NCBI GenBank assembly: GCA_038733315.1
Contig: JAVYPJ010000002.1
Coordinates: 224,051 to 288,050 of the forward strand
Length of the DNA stretch: 64,000 bases
Source: Candidatus Aenigmatarchaeota archaeon
GTDB taxonomy: Archaea > Aenigmatarchaeota > Aenigmatarchaeia > CG10238-14 > SpSt-28
Direction of reading: 5' to 3'
The position numbers were made by a program, and so were the translations under genes. This document shows positions 63,701 to 64,000 of the stretch, one piece after another; within the stretch, counting starts at the first letter, position 1; the number at the start of each line of letters is the position of its first letter. A model generated the notes under the pieces. The model had not been told where the DNA came from and searched no databases. It worked only from the letters and a program-made list of their open reading frames with translations.

Positions 63701-64000
63701 AATTTATTAGCAATTATCCATACACTTCCTCCAGAACCTCCACCTCCATCACGATCAAGAGATCCAGCAGCATTAGCAACTCCATTTTCTCCATTTGCTA
63801 AAATACTTCCATTTATTACTAAGGTATCACTAATGTTTAGAAAAATTGCTCCTCCTCCATTTCCCCCTCTACCACTATAACTTCCTCCTCCTCCAGATCC
63901 AAAATCAATTGGTTGAGTAATGCTTCCATAACTATCACCTCCTGCATCATTTTGAGCGTCATTACCTCCTTTTCCACCATATCCCGCTCCTGAACCAGCA
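54712..64000 (-). CDS. Giant surface protein (>3095 aa, 5'-truncated) with Gly-rich, Ig-like and Cys-rich regions, one TM helix and a C-terminal HerA/FtsK-like (DUF87) ATPase
   Basis: The frame stays open from 63375 to the window end (checked by hand). Walker A AGATGSGKT, Walker B IVYDEVHR, RKWG..ISQ; TM at about 56138-56210. Confidence 0.9.
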   Translation of the reverse strand, partial: AGSGAGYGGKGGNDAQNDAGGDSYGSITQPIDFGSGGGGSYSGRGGNGGGAIFLNISDTLVINGSILANGENGVANAAGSLDRDGGGGSGGSVWIIANKFIGNGSISANGGSGDNYGGGGSGGRIAIYYVFNYSNVKISAIGGSGYQSGQNGSIYIVKPKKISIYSNKIILNPNESIKIFGNTFDCGDLLNHTHSIQDYECYTYSGRYVELYLNNNLYLTDLTSSDGYYEFNFQLNTVGTYNITVKYGQEVLNSTLLYVAQTITKIEEIPAKAHRGDKININSSVLANPSNPITLNNVWLNYSLPIGFNIISQNNFLGNLVPNEKKWNNATIEILGLAKLGTQIINVSSISEEGIESFDSKSIEIWGWAEVNLTLEKQKLYNSTDKNLSITCLIYDNVTKEGISNYPVEIIVDGTNVANLLTNSSGFVNYVLDVSKYPLGIHYVNCSIDNNSTLYYSVSFTQQKNFEIWAPTKLTGYYEIIQDFTSNPSCAISTIKVGNYTRIDTNELIEGEINITTDSITKSCFGNYYCEVNFTVGSNCEIIPGNKTVFASAINNSQFYELATFDFTYFFESLTTTGRIIAYNITVYNVSQINDTIAYLNVSIINTGNGSMKNLNVSLYLDANNLPDTAFSKFTNVFNVTPLPEILGPTETTNITFGVVIPAGTEPGDYCMRWQAIWINNNGTINPRITTRPCESIIRIIGNPTIELNIYNITQEIWHGNNYSVKIILNNTGNAPLYNISIDYTEINLPEEWIYINPNYFERIDENTYAEFFVNISIPLGTNPDTYLGKINITSNFGREDERRATIDLNIIVPIDSRWYIIVFSRNGSIVEYINETYGLNEAGSLGSITIVNLGNIPLNFSINYNQILNVPIEDYVFSVPKDECNQEFIFVDKISNNSLCLYQNGFSNARSYGLNITFYNDSATPQLGYVLVYWSIVDMPPTISNITYTSKIEIKKLQNITAYFYDDENKLKAIYLNITLPNGTVENVTCASGNLQNKYYSCLYYPQIEGMYRVSLTACDQGNKCNFVELYFRAMAKSSLEVIPSTTYINVENVTLLNSATISLNISIRNLNDTVSAYNVTLTSSPPAGTNWIIHSINISQILPNTTIYTMLNITIPQGTIAREYTIKPYVTWQNPDESSGIAYSSQTITINVLPTRILNISEYPNSLLVNHNSSISVNFTIQSIGNSEVRNITFLCQRETNLCNYVSFSPSFIPSLNTGETINITLTIDLPLGFSSGKYYPKINVTSIDDTKDFEIEINVLQDYNYSIDKEEILLKILAGKNVTQEILNITNIGNELLTFSISLEGNVTEILSLAENYKEISPAQSFVLIANISPPNYLSIYEGNISIIENTLGIKKVPIRIEVYPAEIVINYPNSEAPIIDVLENQKIEINLTFRIGDEIITSNTSFTILISNNTCNISKVEVINDNWIIECSLPKNEDGKWHDLTIKAYYETYEILVEKTEANAIYYKDITPPKLISKEIPSVEFPNNVTIKLNLSDNVAIDKVLMYIKQLNATYELLTENNITWEITIEKLEPNDYDLIFIINDTTNNTLIFEDYFEVYVSKNIWVNITNSRDEYVSINFTFYRNNTNQILQKEYVYGYKNFTIHLRTYDLLIESNEAKIKLYNLSTFDLPDDFIKYDKVYPTEVNLYKPLGGFAIITPIEIDSTIRVYYDISIAQQYGAAENNLKIIYCNGWDFYQKTCSEWIQLPSRVDKRYKFVETETKFKQGAYLVAEGVRKEARLDVYDPLPIDVHHWQKYTIRFTIQSSGTDPVSNMRIECLYGTVCYEFNPEYTPFVGTLMPGESREIEINVTIPAGYNAGNYVGVLRIISAEGIERITYLRVNVLNNYSFITNDYFEVKKGKGFGVLTNLTIKSIANNDLLLKTNTSQNISALSEFILRKLEEKTIPIYYNLDKEGNYLEKLILYNETLNISKEIQFNITIVNFTIFLLNPTNQIEIYPNQTLNISLKTFFEEEEIKENISFRVFLNEKECKIINITYNESFEISCIVPITKVFNDLIIEASYGEFTSYLKSENLIKVIDNIEPTVKIHTIDFEINKTNEIIAEIDDNDIINEVTFVLVFPNQTEIVLIPEKIDSLYKSSVFIEEKGDYLIKVIAIDNSSNSKIEQKLIRAGEKVRITTKATDITDKIVKMYIDLINPISNQKEYELKPDENATINQTIFAGKYNLRIKIEDSEITYFDVIINKSIDDIVKIDVFNVHLANVSKLRNRFFAFAIKENFEFNNYTLIFDISQYSHLILKVENLRIYKCKDWMLESRECNSTWIEIIPKIDLKASKIFFEFNSSSAYLFAEAVICGDGICDILENCNNCPIDCGQCPAASTPYTSPIREAPLPSIDYSKMQEMLKQIAEKIEVRTEELYFELKQGEKEIKKIYIANNKEKDVYAEIELYGDVINFLKYANKRILINKKSTNYFEVIAEISKDQEAGIYRGYAKIIIENESFIVPITVKVVLAEMKLLDLKMSLLSDKVKPGDYLRAEIILYNLGKTKRVDVNLTLSLIDSENLVEITRAEESLAVETSLTKIFSLKIPKDIIEKRYLVKATATYLTENIKQEATASAFVTIETPLLEKEILGMQLKTLLTYFLIFSFGSTISYIAIISYIKKKEKEKRFKVTIDFSTLPQPSENSAFIGNIAETAKRAFIYLDDLKMHTLIAGATGSGKTISAMVIAEEALLKNKNVIVFDPTAQWTGFLRKCKEKYMLKEYSKFGMSIKQAKGFPGKIKIITSPYQKIRLKEIIENPKGNVYIFVLNRLKPEEIDIFVANTIQEIFNSRLEESKDLRCLIVYDEVHRLLPKFGGSGKGFLALERGVREFRKWGIGLVLISQVLSDFIGEIRANIGTEIQLRTRYEGDLDRIKMKYGEEFVSQIVKANIGTGMVVNSEYNRGRPYFVSFRPILHQVTRLSEKDLDEYDKRDRKIEELKFYLEELKKHGIDVFDIETELNLAESKLMQGAFDIVDIYLEGLEPRIKREFEKRKIRIPTYKELLVGKEEIEEIVEEAKEEREKIAKRKKKDYEEILKEIKDLEETIKKLREEGKDTFDLEIDLERVKSKIKIYEKTKEEKILEEIEREIEKVKSQK
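63629..63749. repeat. Perfect 25-bp direct repeat pair (63629-63653 and 63725-63749) encoding GGGGSGG
   Basis: cttcctccagaacctccacctccat occurs twice, 96 bp apart. Confidence 0.85.

Noticed and set aside
63629..63749. CRISPR-like repeat
   Set aside because: Only two copies, inside an open frame, encoding Gly runs; no cas genes
55050..63801. Short plus-strand ORFs within the giant gene, and similar antisense ORFs across the window
   Set aside because: Shadows of well-supported genes on the opposite strand

Overview
AT-rich, very compact archaeal chromosome segment. Gene content and small proteins suggest a DPANN archaeon, possibly Aenigmarchaeota-like (inference). Most of the window is information-processing housekeeping: ABCE1, eS6-aIF2gamma, the proteasome-alpha/SBDS/exosome block, TIP49, GatDE, Ogg, Lhr, FEN1, aCPSF1-proteasome beta, DNA ligase, TrxB, eS17, archease/RtcB, a GPN GTPase and five tRNAs (one intron-containing). 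It also holds a type IV pilus locus, a GH57 enzyme and PEP synthase. Highlights read from the sequence: (1) a giant (>3095 aa, open at the window edge) Gly-rich/Ig-like surface protein fused through one TM helix to a cytoplasmic HerA/FtsK-type ATPase, converging on two long coiled-coil genes; (2) two inteins, a decayed one next to the catalytic His of PEP synthase and a full-length one at a non-canonical site of RtcB; (3) an unannotated 29-aa Lys/Ala peptide resembling a histone-H1 tail; (4) an orphan single RCC1 repeat with an internal stop; (5) a Pelota-like protein missing its middle domain; (6) a pervasive TT-ATG start context. No CRISPR array, rRNA, integrase or transposase was seen. All protein calls come from motif recognition, not database searches.
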